From Paraspadella gotoi (taxonomy: Eukaryota; Animalia; Chaetognatha), in contig CM119264.1 in the NCBI GenBank assembly GCA_051294375.1, forward strand, positions 25,661,662-25,725,661: 64,000 nt of DNA, read 5' to 3'. Of the stretch, positions 1 to 10,980 are shown in pieces. A program made the translations under genes and the position numbers. Position 1 is the first letter of the stretch, and each line of letters opens with the position of its first letter. The notes beneath the pieces were generated by a model. That model saw only the letters and a list, made by a program, of their open reading frames with translations, had not been told where the DNA came from and searched no databases.

Positions 1-172
1 GTCGGCGCCGCTGAAGCGTCGAACGTCGCCAACGGGCGCCAAACTGAGCGTCGTCCGACGCCGGTTCCGTTAGGAGGCGTCGCCGGAGCCCGGTTCCATT
101 TAAGGTAATTCCGACGTTGGAGTCGATCTCGCTCTCTCTCTTCAATCGATCGCCGTAAGAGAGATGAGGGGG

Positions 173-176
<4 letters not shown>

Positions 177-257
<81 letters not shown>
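177..257. repeat. (GA)n microsatellite
   Basis: Pure GA dinucleotide run of about 80 bp. A second pure run lies at 545-631. Confidence 0.97.
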
Positions 258-260
<3 letters not shown>

Positions 261-543
261 TTTGATTTTGATTTGATTTATTCTGCTCATAATGTTAATA
301 AAACACATTTACAATCACAGGATCGTAAGAGAGCCGTACATGGATATTATATACATACAAGTATGTAAAAAATATAAAACAATAATTAAAATTCAGTAAA
401 TAAATAAGCGAGGAAATGGTAAATTAAAAAAGAAAATTCTATATACAGATCATCTTAAGTTTATGATGGAACCTTTTCCAATTTTTACATTCCATACATT
501 TTTCAATGTTAGCAATTATTATTCAATAGTTTTGAAGTATCTT

Positions 544-634
<91 letters not shown>

Positions 635-1482
635 GAATTGAAACACTGAACAATACATCACCAGTGGACAGCAACGAGAACGTCTAAGGGAAAAACGCGG
701 AATGGAACTTTGATGTAAGCGGTTTATGGTTGAATGTCGAAAATACTTTAATTTAACGATATATATGACATTATATTTAATAAAAATAAAAGTACGTCTA
801 TAGATTAAAAATGGACTTCCGTTACTTTTTCAGTTGTAATTGTAAAAATGAAACGTCAGATGTCAGAATTTAAAAAAATTGGGTCCTCGCTGTCATTGTT
901 TACGTCGACGACAAAGATTCATAGGAAAGACGCTTTGTGGCGCGAATCTCGCGAGGGAAATTACATCCGGGGAGAAACGATAAATCAAAGAGGTCTTCGG
1001 AACTGGGGGGGAGGAGGAGGAGGCGGGTGGGGAGGGAAGATTTGGGAAATGCAATACGACGTGGATTGATGGTCGTCGAGAAAAATGCAATGTCGCTCTA
1101 ATGAATGAAAAGTCACGGGGGCGAGTATGATCACGGGGTGAATAAAAAAAAATATTGGAGTATTCGTCGTCNNNNNNNNNNNNNNNNNNNNNNNNNNNNN
1201 NNNNNNNNNNNNNNNNNNNNNNNNNNNNNNNNNNNNNNNNNNNNNNNNNNNNNNNNNNNNNNNNNNNNNNNNNNNNNNNNNNNNNNNNNNNNNNNNNNNN
1301 NNNNNNNNNNNNNNNNNNNNNNNNNNNNNNNNNNNNNNNNNNNNNNNNNNNNTCATTTCTTTCTCCCTTTTCTATTGACGATTCCATCATTAATTTCTTT
1401 TATTTCTTTAATTTTTTTTCATGTTTTTCTCTTTTCCTCCCTGACGATTTATTTACGCCCCCCTCCCGGTCTCATTCTTTCT

Positions 1483-2745
1483 TTGTATTTTCGGTCCGTC
1501 TTATCACTGTCTCTTTGCAAGTGCTGCTATATAGATTCGAATATCTAGATGTATGTGGTATATGTCTTCTTTCTCTCGCTTATTTGTGTGGAAAAAAGGG
1601 GAGCGAGGAGGCTGACGACTGCAGGGCAAAGGTATGAGAACGATAAGAAGTACATTGGAAGGAGAAAGAGAACGATAAAAGAGTGAGGAAGGGAGAGTAA
1701 AGAGGAAGAGACGGAGATGGGGCGAATGCAGACCGCGACGCAGTTCATCTCGATTTCCACTCGAGTTTAGAGGGGGAGGTGATAGGTCTCTCTCGCGGAT
1801 CGCAATTGGTTCGTCCTACTTAGCTTTCCATCATCAGTTTATATATTTTTCACATTCTTATTTCCTTGATAAAAGAGACAATAAAGTCACTCATAATTGT
1901 AAACGATTTTTTTGCGTGAGGCAAAGTGGGTTTCAGGCGACGGTTCAAGAAGTAGTAAAATAGAAGAGAGTAGAGAGATGAGAGAGAGAGAGAGAGAGGG
2001 AGAGAGATGAGAGAGAAAGAGAGAGAGAGAGTAGAGAGAGAGAGAGTTAGAGAGAGAGAGAGAAGGAGAGAAAGCAGAGAGAATCATGAGAGAGAAAGAG
2101 ACAGAAAGAATGAAAGTATTAAACCCTGATCAGGTTCTTAGTATTAAAAAAAATTAAAAAATATTAAGTATGTAAATCAGTTAGAAATCCTATGCTTCGA
2201 AGTCCAAAAGAGAAAATAAACGAAGTTCAAATTATATAGAAATAAAAAGATTTACTAAATAATATGACTCAATCTGAATATAGAAAACAGATTGAGAAAA
2301 TTGATAGAAGCCGATTGCCAGAGCCCTGTTGAAGTTTGAGTTTCGTCCCCTTAAATATGGAGAGTGAGACCAGCCACATAATATGATTAAAAGAATAAGA
2401 TTATAATCGTTTAATATGAAAAGGAGGATATATTTCGATGACCAGAGAAGGAGACATGGACTATATAATATTAAGTTTTATTGATAATGATGTAATGAAA
2501 GGAATAAAAAAAGAGAAAAAGAAAAGAAAGAAAGTTAAGAAAGAAAGAAGAAAGAAAGAAAGTCTTGCTTTTTACATTTGATTAATTTTTTTTCGGGTCC
2601 TTAAAGAAAGAATGTAAGAAAGATTAAATAGAGGATAGAAAGATAGAATAGAATGAAAGATACGCAGACGATAGAATGATACATTAAAAGATAAGAAAGA
2701 TAGATCAGATTAGTATACAGAATTTAGAAAGAAAGACAAGAAAAG
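1483..2745 (-). repeat. Indel-rich inverted copy of about 30520-31695 (probable long-read gap-fill artefact)
   Basis: Reverse-complement anchors: tcggtccgtctta (1491) vs taagacggaccga (31672); gactgcagggcaaagg vs cctttgccctgcagtc; tttgcgtgaggcaaagtgggtt vs aacccactttgcctcacgcaaa. This copy carries many 1-3 nt insertions. Confidence 0.85.
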
Positions 2746-5378
2746 TAACATAGCAAATAAAGATGATTGACGAATAATCATTATATTCCTCAATACTCAC
2801 TTAAGTTTTCAGGTAAGCGTCATTTTATATAATATATAGAGATAATAGAGAAGTAGCGATAACTCAGAATGGGCTATGAAAGCGACACAACGTTGTCAGT
2901 GCCGGTCTGTTACGAGCAGAGAATGGCGTGGGCAGTTATAATAAACCTTTTTGAGGGGGGGTATCTTTCATTTAGATTTCCATAAAGTTAATTTTATTTT
3001 TAATTTTTGAGTAGCGTATTTTTAAGCGTTTTTAATTTTATTTTTTAGAGATTCATCATTTTACTATTATACCAATCATTTATTATTATTATGGCATCAG
3101 ACAATGTTTTATCAAGAACGTTATAAATAAATTTTATCTACTTAACTATTCCACATTAAGAATAAATAACAATGGGAAAATCTTTCTTTATTTATTGCAA
3201 ACCCACGATGCGCTTCCAAGACCGTTTCACCGGCTCTTTTTTTTTTTTTTGTTTCAGTAACTCTTCTTCCGTCTTCAACTCATCCCATTCTCACGTCTTT
3301 AACGCCCCCAAGGCTCTCCAGACCATATCCATTTGGCCGCCTGACCCCCAAAGCACGCCTGCTTCACTATAAAAATCCTCGGGTCTGCGCCCCGTTGGAG
3401 CCTGAAGTACTAACTCGGGGACAAAGTGAGGCCGCCGTCTGGATCCATTCGGCAAGTTGCTTCTGCTCGTCCGGATAATCTCCTTGCTGTTCATTCTGGC
3501 TTATATTGGTTATGTCTATGATGTGTTTCTCTTCTTTTCTTAGTTTTCGATGTTCCCAGTTTGTTTTGACCTGACATAGGAGTGAGGGTAAAATTTGGTC
3601 AGACCACCTGGAAAGGAAGGATGGGTCTTGTTGTGGTGGGTTGTTGGGATGATGGACAGGGTTGATGTTGAGTTTGTTAAAGGGGTTGGTAGCGAGGTTT
3701 CTGGGGTGAGGGATAAATTTGTGGTATACGTTTCGTTCTTTTTAAAATTTGGTGATTTTGGGTTATTGTTTGTGAAATGCAATGTATGTTTTATTACATT
3801 TTTAGGTGTAGTAAATTTTTGAATTGTGTTGGGAGCTCTCGTGGGTGCTGGATTGATTTTCTAAAACGTAGTAGTGACATTGTGTCCTTAATTGTGTGTA
3901 TTGCGAGTAGTTTTGGTTTGGTGTTCTGAGAACTTATTTGATATGGGTATTATATTGTGGTTGTATTTTTGTTTGTATTTGTTTTTGGTTGTGATGGTTT
4001 CAGTCTGATATTTTTTTGTCTTTGCTAGTTATTTGTATTTTATATAGCTTATGGTTGCTATATGAACATGTTGAACGCATTTGAGTAGTGTCTGAGTGTT
4101 TAACTGCTTTTAAATTATTGGTGATTGCTATTCTTTTTTATGGACTGATAATATAAAATATAGAGACATGGTATATGAGGGCTAATTAATTAACATTAAG
4201 AAATAATCAAAATTCAATAGTAAAAGAACACAAAACTAGACTGAGTTTCTTTTGTTCTTTCTTACATATTGAGAAAATAGGCATTGATGTATATAAAATT
4301 TTAAGTCGTATATTAGACCCGAAATGCTAATAATTAGTTTAAGTGTTTAATGACGGTACAGTTAAAAAGCTCATGCACTAACATGGTCGAAGCCGAACTA
4401 TTTAACAAAAACTTATTGAAAGATGATATGGAAAGAGAATAAAATAGCGCGACATGCGAAAGATATATTTACCGCCTGGCCGACAAAAGGTCGCATGGAA
4501 TAGGATAAATAAGGAGGTGAGTCATGTGGGGAGATTTTTGGATGGAGACGTAATGTAGCGGAAAAGGAAAGCCGAGCGAGACTATTTAATTTATGATGTG
4601 TCGTGAAACCCAGTTTGATCTTTACCGTTGCACCATCGATAATTGTCCAATCCTATTTTCATTTCTAGAATGATATTGATGTTGGCTTTCGGGTTTTTTG
4701 ATGGAAAAACGAGTCAGCCAGGATGATTTTATGTTTTTTTTACTAAGGGTTTTCTTTTTAATTTTCCTTTCTTCTTGGTGAGTCACACTTTTTCACTCGG
4801 TGGATGCCTTTTTATTGTGATCTGTTTTGCTTTTAATAATCTCTGTAATACTATTTAATGTATTAAATTTTTAACATCAATCTACAATTGTTTTGATAAA
4901 ATATTAAACATTTGAGGCATTAAAAAATACTGCTGCTTTAATTATGTTACTATTTTGAGAATTTTGTATTTTTAGGTACAATTTTATGAGGATGTTGTCA
5001 AATCTACTCATTGCATCGATTGTTCTCATTCTGTCTATATCATGGTCTTTTGTATTTATTCCTGTTTATACAATTTTATTTAATATATTATAATTCCTTT
5101 TGGTATAAATATTCTTAATTTTTTTTTGCTTTTCTTTTCCTACATCTGCTTATGACGCGATTTTCCCATTTCTCTTGCATTAACTTCTCTGCTTTTTTTT
5201 AAGTTCTTTCTTTTTTTTTGCTTTTCTGCTTTTTTTTCTATACCTTGCAAGTGTCCAGGAGAAATCACACAACGAAACCCATCTTTTTTTTTCAATCGCG
5301 GTCTATAATTCGAAATCGTGTTCCCGAGATGAGCGCCATTTTTGTCGGAAATGGAATTTAACGCCGAGAAAAGAGGAA

Positions 5379-7460
5379 GTCGGCGGCCGCTGAAAGCGTC
5401 GCGATCGCAACTGGCCAAAATGAGCAGTGTCCAGACCCGGTACCGTTAGGAGAAAGATTGGTGAACCAAGGGTCGTACCGGACAAGATACATTATTTGGT
5501 TCCATTTATTAAGGTTTAAATTTATTTATTTCAAAGCACGAAACATTTAGGAGTCGATTCAATACCGCCTCTCGGTTCATTCTTTCAAATCGATTTTTTT
5601 AGAATAAAGTCTCGCCGAAGAGAGTGAAGTCGGGGAAGGGCAGAGAAGATTCGTAAAGTAACTTCTGAAACGGAAGATGAGATGATTATTGTTTCGGGTC
5701 TTATTTGCTTTTTTTGATAACAGTATGACAACCAAGTACACCAGTATCTACTGCATGAAAGGGAGGAGGTGAACAGAGTGAGAGAGAGAGAAGAGAGAGA
5801 AGAGGAGAGAGGAGACGAGAGAGAGAGGAAGAGGAGAGAGAGAAAGGAAGAAGAGAGAGAGAGTTGGAAATTGAATTTTGATTGTGATTTTTCTAGACTC
5901 AATAAGAGTGTTAATAAAGAAACACATTTCGCAATTCAGCTTTCAGGATCGTAAGAGCGTCACGCGTTTACTGGAATTTCATTGGTTATTAAATTAACAT
6001 ATCCAAAGTATGTAAAATATAAAGATCTAATGATATTAATAATTATTTTATCAGAGCTAAATATGTATTAGGCGAAGGGAATTGGTTTAAAGTAGTTTAA
6101 ATTTATTAATTGAAAAAAAAAGGAAACATTCTATATACATATAGATCTATTTAAGTTTGTGATGATAGGTGAACCTTTTTTCTCATTTTTTACATTCATA
6201 TATTTTCAATGTTAGCAATTTAATTTTTCAATAAGGTTATTGAAGTTAATCTTTTAGAGAGAGAGAGAGAGAGATAGAGAGAGAGAGCAGGAGAGGGAGG
6301 GAGGGAGTATGGAGAGTGTGAGCAGAGAGAGAGAGAACGAGAGAGAGAGAATTTGAATTTGAATCACTGACATATACATCAACGCAGTGGCAGCTGCTAG
6401 AAAGTCTAGTGGATGCGTGGAATGGAATTTGATGTAAGGACGTTTTTGAAATGGTTGAATGTGAATACTTTATTAAACGATATAATGATGTATCCATTAG
6501 GTAGGGTTTAAATATAAAAATAAAAGTCGTCATGACTTACAAATGATTCCGTTAGCTTTTCAGGTTGTAATTTTGTAATTATGAAACTGTGTCAATGTTT
6601 CTAGAATTTTTTTAAACAAATTGGGTTCTTTTCGCTGTCATTGTTGACGTCGACTGACTAAAGATTCATATTATGAATTAGACGTCTTTGTGGCATCTAG
6701 AATGTTTCATCGAGAGGCATTGAATTAACTTTTTTCTACGGGTGGAGAATATTTTTTTGTTGTGAGTTCGTTTTTTAAATTTTTTTTACAAAATTCTTAA
6801 ACAATGAGGTTTCTATTATCACGGAAACTTAAATAGATAGACGTGGGTCGAGCGAGGAGGACTTTGGAAGAATGCCAATACGTTATATGATCGCGATTGA
6901 TGGTCGTAGTCGACAAAACTTGCAAGAATGGTACGCTATTAAAAAAAATGAAATGAAAAAATGTAGTACACCGGGGGAGAAGATAAGATGAATCCTTTTT
7001 AAGGGAGAACATGAAATAAAGAAGAAAAGACGATTAATTTCGTCAAGTGCGAAGGGGCACAATATCGTTCACGAAAACTTTGAATTTTAGTCCAATACGG
7101 AGTCCTCTCTCTCATCGGTCGTCTCAGAATAATCGAGAAGAAGCATCGTATTTCTATATGCTACACTTTCTCTTCTATCTTCATCAACTGCTCGGAACTA
7201 CAAAATCCATTCTCACGTCTTTGGCGTCCTCCTCTCTCAATCCTCTCTCTACTCGTGGAGTTATTCTCCTCTCATTGTGCTCGTTTATTTGCGGCCCTAC
7301 GTTGTTCTCCTTTTCTAATTGCCGCATTCCCCATGTCAATTAATTAAATTTCTTTTCAAATTTCTTTTTAATTTTTGTTTTTCACAATTGTTTTTTTTTC
7401 TTTTGTTTCTTCCCTGCTTGCTTTTTTTCTGGGTCGTCTCCCGGTCCTATTCTTTTTTGG
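5379..7460 (+). repeat. Indel-rich direct copy of about 1-1480
   Basis: Colinear anchors: gtcggcg..ctgaa(a)gcgtcg, ccgttagga, caggatcgtaagag, ttttcaatgttagcaatt, cgctgtcattgtt, aaagattcata, gattgatggtcgt, ctcccggtc. Insertion-dominated differences are typical of an uncorrected long read. Confidence 0.85.
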
Positions 7461-7865
7461 CTTTTTTTCCTGATTACTTGTCTCAACACTTTTTTTAATT
7501 TTATTATGTTTTTATATATTGTTTTGGTTGATTTTTTTTTTTAATTTTTCAGAAATATTTACGTATACTCGTGGAATATTCTTTGTAATTTTTTTTTTCT
7601 TGGCTGCTACATTTTTTTAGATATACATAATTACTGTTTTTTGGTTCATATCTGTCTTGTTTTTGTTTTTAATCTATTTGGGGAACTTAGTTGACGTGTT
7701 AATTTCTGGGGATGGAATAAAAAAAAATTTATTTTATACTTCTTTTAATATATAATAAAGACGGTTCTAAAAAAATATACAAGAGCAGAAAATATAGAAA
7801 ACCAAGACGCGCCAACAAATCTATGCGTCCTGTATGTAATNNNNNNNNNNNNNNNNNNNNNNNNN

Positions 7866-8770
7866 TTTAAAAAATAAAGCGGCAGATTCAAGAGAGAAAA
7901 AGCAACAAGACGCGCAAAATCAACTGCTGCCTGTTTTGAATTTAAAAAGTATGAATCTCTTTTCAGATGTATATAATATATATATATAATTATATATATA
8001 TATTAAATATTATATATTATATACTATTGGGAATGGATTCCTGTACCAATTGGTCATAAGCGGAGGGTATTATTCAATGAGTCTGAAATAGAGAAAAGCC
8101 TTATATCTCCTAAAGAAATGATTTTTGACAACTGATATTGCTTGAGAGGTTTCCGATGATAGTCACTTATTAATTAAAAGCATATATATTTTTGTACGAT
8201 GAACTAACCTTATTCCGATAAAAAAAATTATTTCGATGATAGTGCATCGGGTAACTTATTTTATGAAAATAACAAAATTTTATGAAATATAATTTAGTAA
8301 GTATATTTATGGCTAAATATTGGTTAACTTCACCCTAATGCTTATAGGTGGGGTCAACATATAGCAATCCTCGACTACAATATAAATNNNNNNNNNNAAG
8401 AGAGAAAAAGCAAAAAGACGCGCAAAATCAACTGAATCTCTTTTCAGATGTAAATAATATATATATATATATTCAATATTATATATTATATATATTGCGA
8501 ATAAGACGCAAAGGGGGCTGAAGAGTGCTAACCGCAATGTCTTTTACTACTATTGGAATGGATCCCTGTACCAAGTGGTTATAAGCCGAGGGTATTACTC
8601 AATGAGCCATCGGGTAACTTATTAGAATTATATGAAAATAATTGATTTTCATGAAATACAATTTAGTATGTATATTTATTGCTAAATATTGATTCCAAAC
8701 TGTCGCTTCACCCTAATGCTTATAGGTGGGGCGAACATATTGCAATGCCCGACTACAATATAAATTACGA
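7866..8770 (+). repeat. Two diverged tandem copies of a ~370-520 bp unit (7866-8387 and 8398-8765), separated by a 10-N gap
   Basis: Both copies share aagagagaaaaagcaa.aagacgcgcaaaatcaactg, tactattgg(g)aatggat.cctgtaccaa, catcgggtaacttatt, cttcaccctaatgcttataggtgggg and cgactacaatataaat. Confidence 0.85.
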
Positions 8771-8805
8771 AGAATCACTCGAAAAAATTAACGGAAAAAA
8801 AAAAA

Positions 8806-8883
8806 GAAAAGAAAAAAAGAGAAAAGAAAAGAAAAGAAAAGAAAAGAAAAGAAAAGAAAAGAAAAGAAAAGAAAAGAAAAGAA
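8806..8883. repeat. (AAAAG)n microsatellite
   Basis: Pentanucleotide run. It generates the KKRKEKKRKE pseudo-ORF. Confidence 0.95.
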
Positions 8884-9695
8884 AGGAAAAACCCAACTGA
8901 AACCAACGCAATTACAACAACAACAACAACAACGAGACCAACTCGAAAAAAGAAAGCAGGAGATGCTCTTTTTTTTCTCGCTCATAAAACGGTTCAATTA
9001 GCGGCGAGGATCGACGGAGAACTCAGAAGGAGCCAGTTCGCTCCTCGCTCCTCGTCCAAGGAAAAAAAAATGAGAGAGAACGGGTGAAAAGCAAAAGGAA
9101 AAAAAAAGAGAGATAAAAGAAAAAAAAAGAAAAAAAGAGGAAAGGATGAAGAAAAGAAAAAATATCGACACCCGTCGTCGCGACAAAGAAAAGAGAAAAT
9201 TGCCCCACGCGCGACGAGAGAGAGAAGTGACTTCTGCCTCTCTTTATTTTATGCCCTCTCTCTCTCNNNNNNNNNNNNNNNNNNNNNNNNNNNNNNNNNN
9301 NNNNNNNNNNNNNNNNNNNNNNNNNNNNNNNNNNNNNNNNNNNNNNNNNNNNNNNNNNNNNNNNNNNNNNNNNNNNNNNNNNNNNNNNNNNNNNNNNNNN
9401 NNNNNNNNNNNNNNNNNNNNNNNNNNNNNNNNNNNNNNNNNNNNNNNNNNNNNNNNNNNNNNNNNNNNNNNNNNNNNNNNNNNNNNNNNNNNNNNNNNNN
9501 NNNNNNNNNNNNNNNNNNNNNNNNNNNNNNNNNNNNNNNNNNNNNNNNNNNNNNNCTCCGCGCCCCCTATCGTTCGGAATACAAAAGCCTCGCTCTCGAC
9601 CTCAGCCATCATAATCAAAAACCGCTGAGAATAAAGAAAAGAAATAAAAGTAGAGAAGGAAAAAATTAGGTTCATGATGCGGTGATAAAAGTCGC

Positions 9696-10077
9696 TGTCG
9701 GCATGGCGTCATTTACTGTCGGCTTTAAGTCATTTAGTTTTCGGCTTGGCGTCACTTACTGACGGCTTGGTGTCAGTTACTGTCGCCTTGGTCTCATTTA
9801 CTGTCAGCCTGGAGTCAATTGCTTTGGCCCAAAGTTTGGGCTTGACGTTCTTTAATGTCGGCTTGACGTCCTTTATTGTCGGCTTGGCGGCATTTGCTGT
9901 AGGCTTGGCGTCTTTTACTGTAGTTTAGTTTCATTTACTGTCGACTTTGTCATATAGTGTTCGGCTTGTCATCAGTTACTCTCGATTTGGCGTCACTTTT
10001 TTTCAATCTGAAGTCATTTTCTGTCGACATGGCGTCAATTAATGTCGACCCGGCTTCATTAACTGTTGGCTTGGCGT
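9696..10077. repeat. Degenerate 21-bp minisatellite, consensus CTGTCGGCTTGGCGTCATTTA, about 18 units
   Basis: The unit recurs at about 21-nt spacing (gtcggcttggcgtca..tact) with substitutions and a few indels. Confidence 0.85.
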
Positions 10078-10079
10078 AG

Positions 10080-10583
10080 ACGAGAAGGATGACGACAACG
10101 ATGTCAAGATGAAAATGAAGATGACATCGACGTCGGCAGTGACGATGACAGTGAGTATTTCAGAGTAATCAGCCCGAGGAAACTCGTTCCGTCACAACCG
10201 CTTTGATCTCGCATCAATTGATTCGAAGCAGAAAAAAATCTATGGATTTTTTTTATTCTTCTTTGTGCTTCTCATCGACCCATCAGTGAGCATGACTACG
10301 CTCAGCCAAGATGATAACCGGACTCCAATGGCAAAAAATTAACCAAAACAATAACAACAACCATCAGAACAAAAGCAAGAAAGACGTCGACGAATACGAT
10401 GAAGACGACAACGAAGCGGACGACGGCCACGCCTCCGCCTCGGAACCAAATAAGGCGATGAAAGAAAATGAAGTGATTGAGGGATTTGCACGCGGCTGGG
10501 GCGGCTGCAGCGGTTGCAGCGGCTGCTCTGGCTGCTACTGGGCAGATGTTGACCAAATTTCTAAATAAAAAGTCTGGAAAATG
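10080..10583 (+). CDS. Possible frameshifted coding segment: acidic, Asn-rich and poly-Ala low-complexity protein with an EHDY motif
   Basis: Joining frames gives EKDDDNDV/DENEDDIDVGSDDD, RPISEHDYAQP (EHDYAQP at 10288-10308), NQNNNNNHQNKSKKDVDEYDEDDNEADDGHASASEP and AAAAVAAAALAATGQMLTKFLNKKSGK*. Several frameshifts are needed and no family is recognised. Confidence 0.25.
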
Positions 10584-10939
10584 AAATATGAAAAAAATTC
10601 CAAAAAACCTGGAAAAGAGAGATTAAGTAATTTAAAGGAAGGAAGTTGATATGACTGTGGGAAGCGTAAATATAACAAAAGCAATTGAATAATGAATATA
10701 TAATTATATATATTTGGCTTTCGTAAAAAGAATAATCTATATAAATATATAAATAAATTAACATATAAATAAACGTTTTTAGACATCTTTATGTAAAAAA
10801 AATTATTGTTGCACTCGCGATTTAAAGGTCGTTTTCGGTCCAAACAAAACGTTATCAAAGCCGCGAAGAAAATTTTCGAGCATGCATAAACGATGTAAAA
10901 GAGAGGAGAGAGAGAGAGAGGAGAGAGAGAGAAGATGTT

Positions 10940-10969
<30 letters not shown>

Positions 10970-10980
<11 letters not shown>

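Noticed and set aside
3366-3376. TATA box (cactataaaaa)
   Set aside because: No Inr or downstream coding exon is recognisable, the region is noisy, and the motif is common in AT-rich DNA.
9696-10077. CRISPR-like array
   Set aside because: The units are contiguous and degenerate with no unique spacers, the context is eukaryotic, and there are no cas genes.
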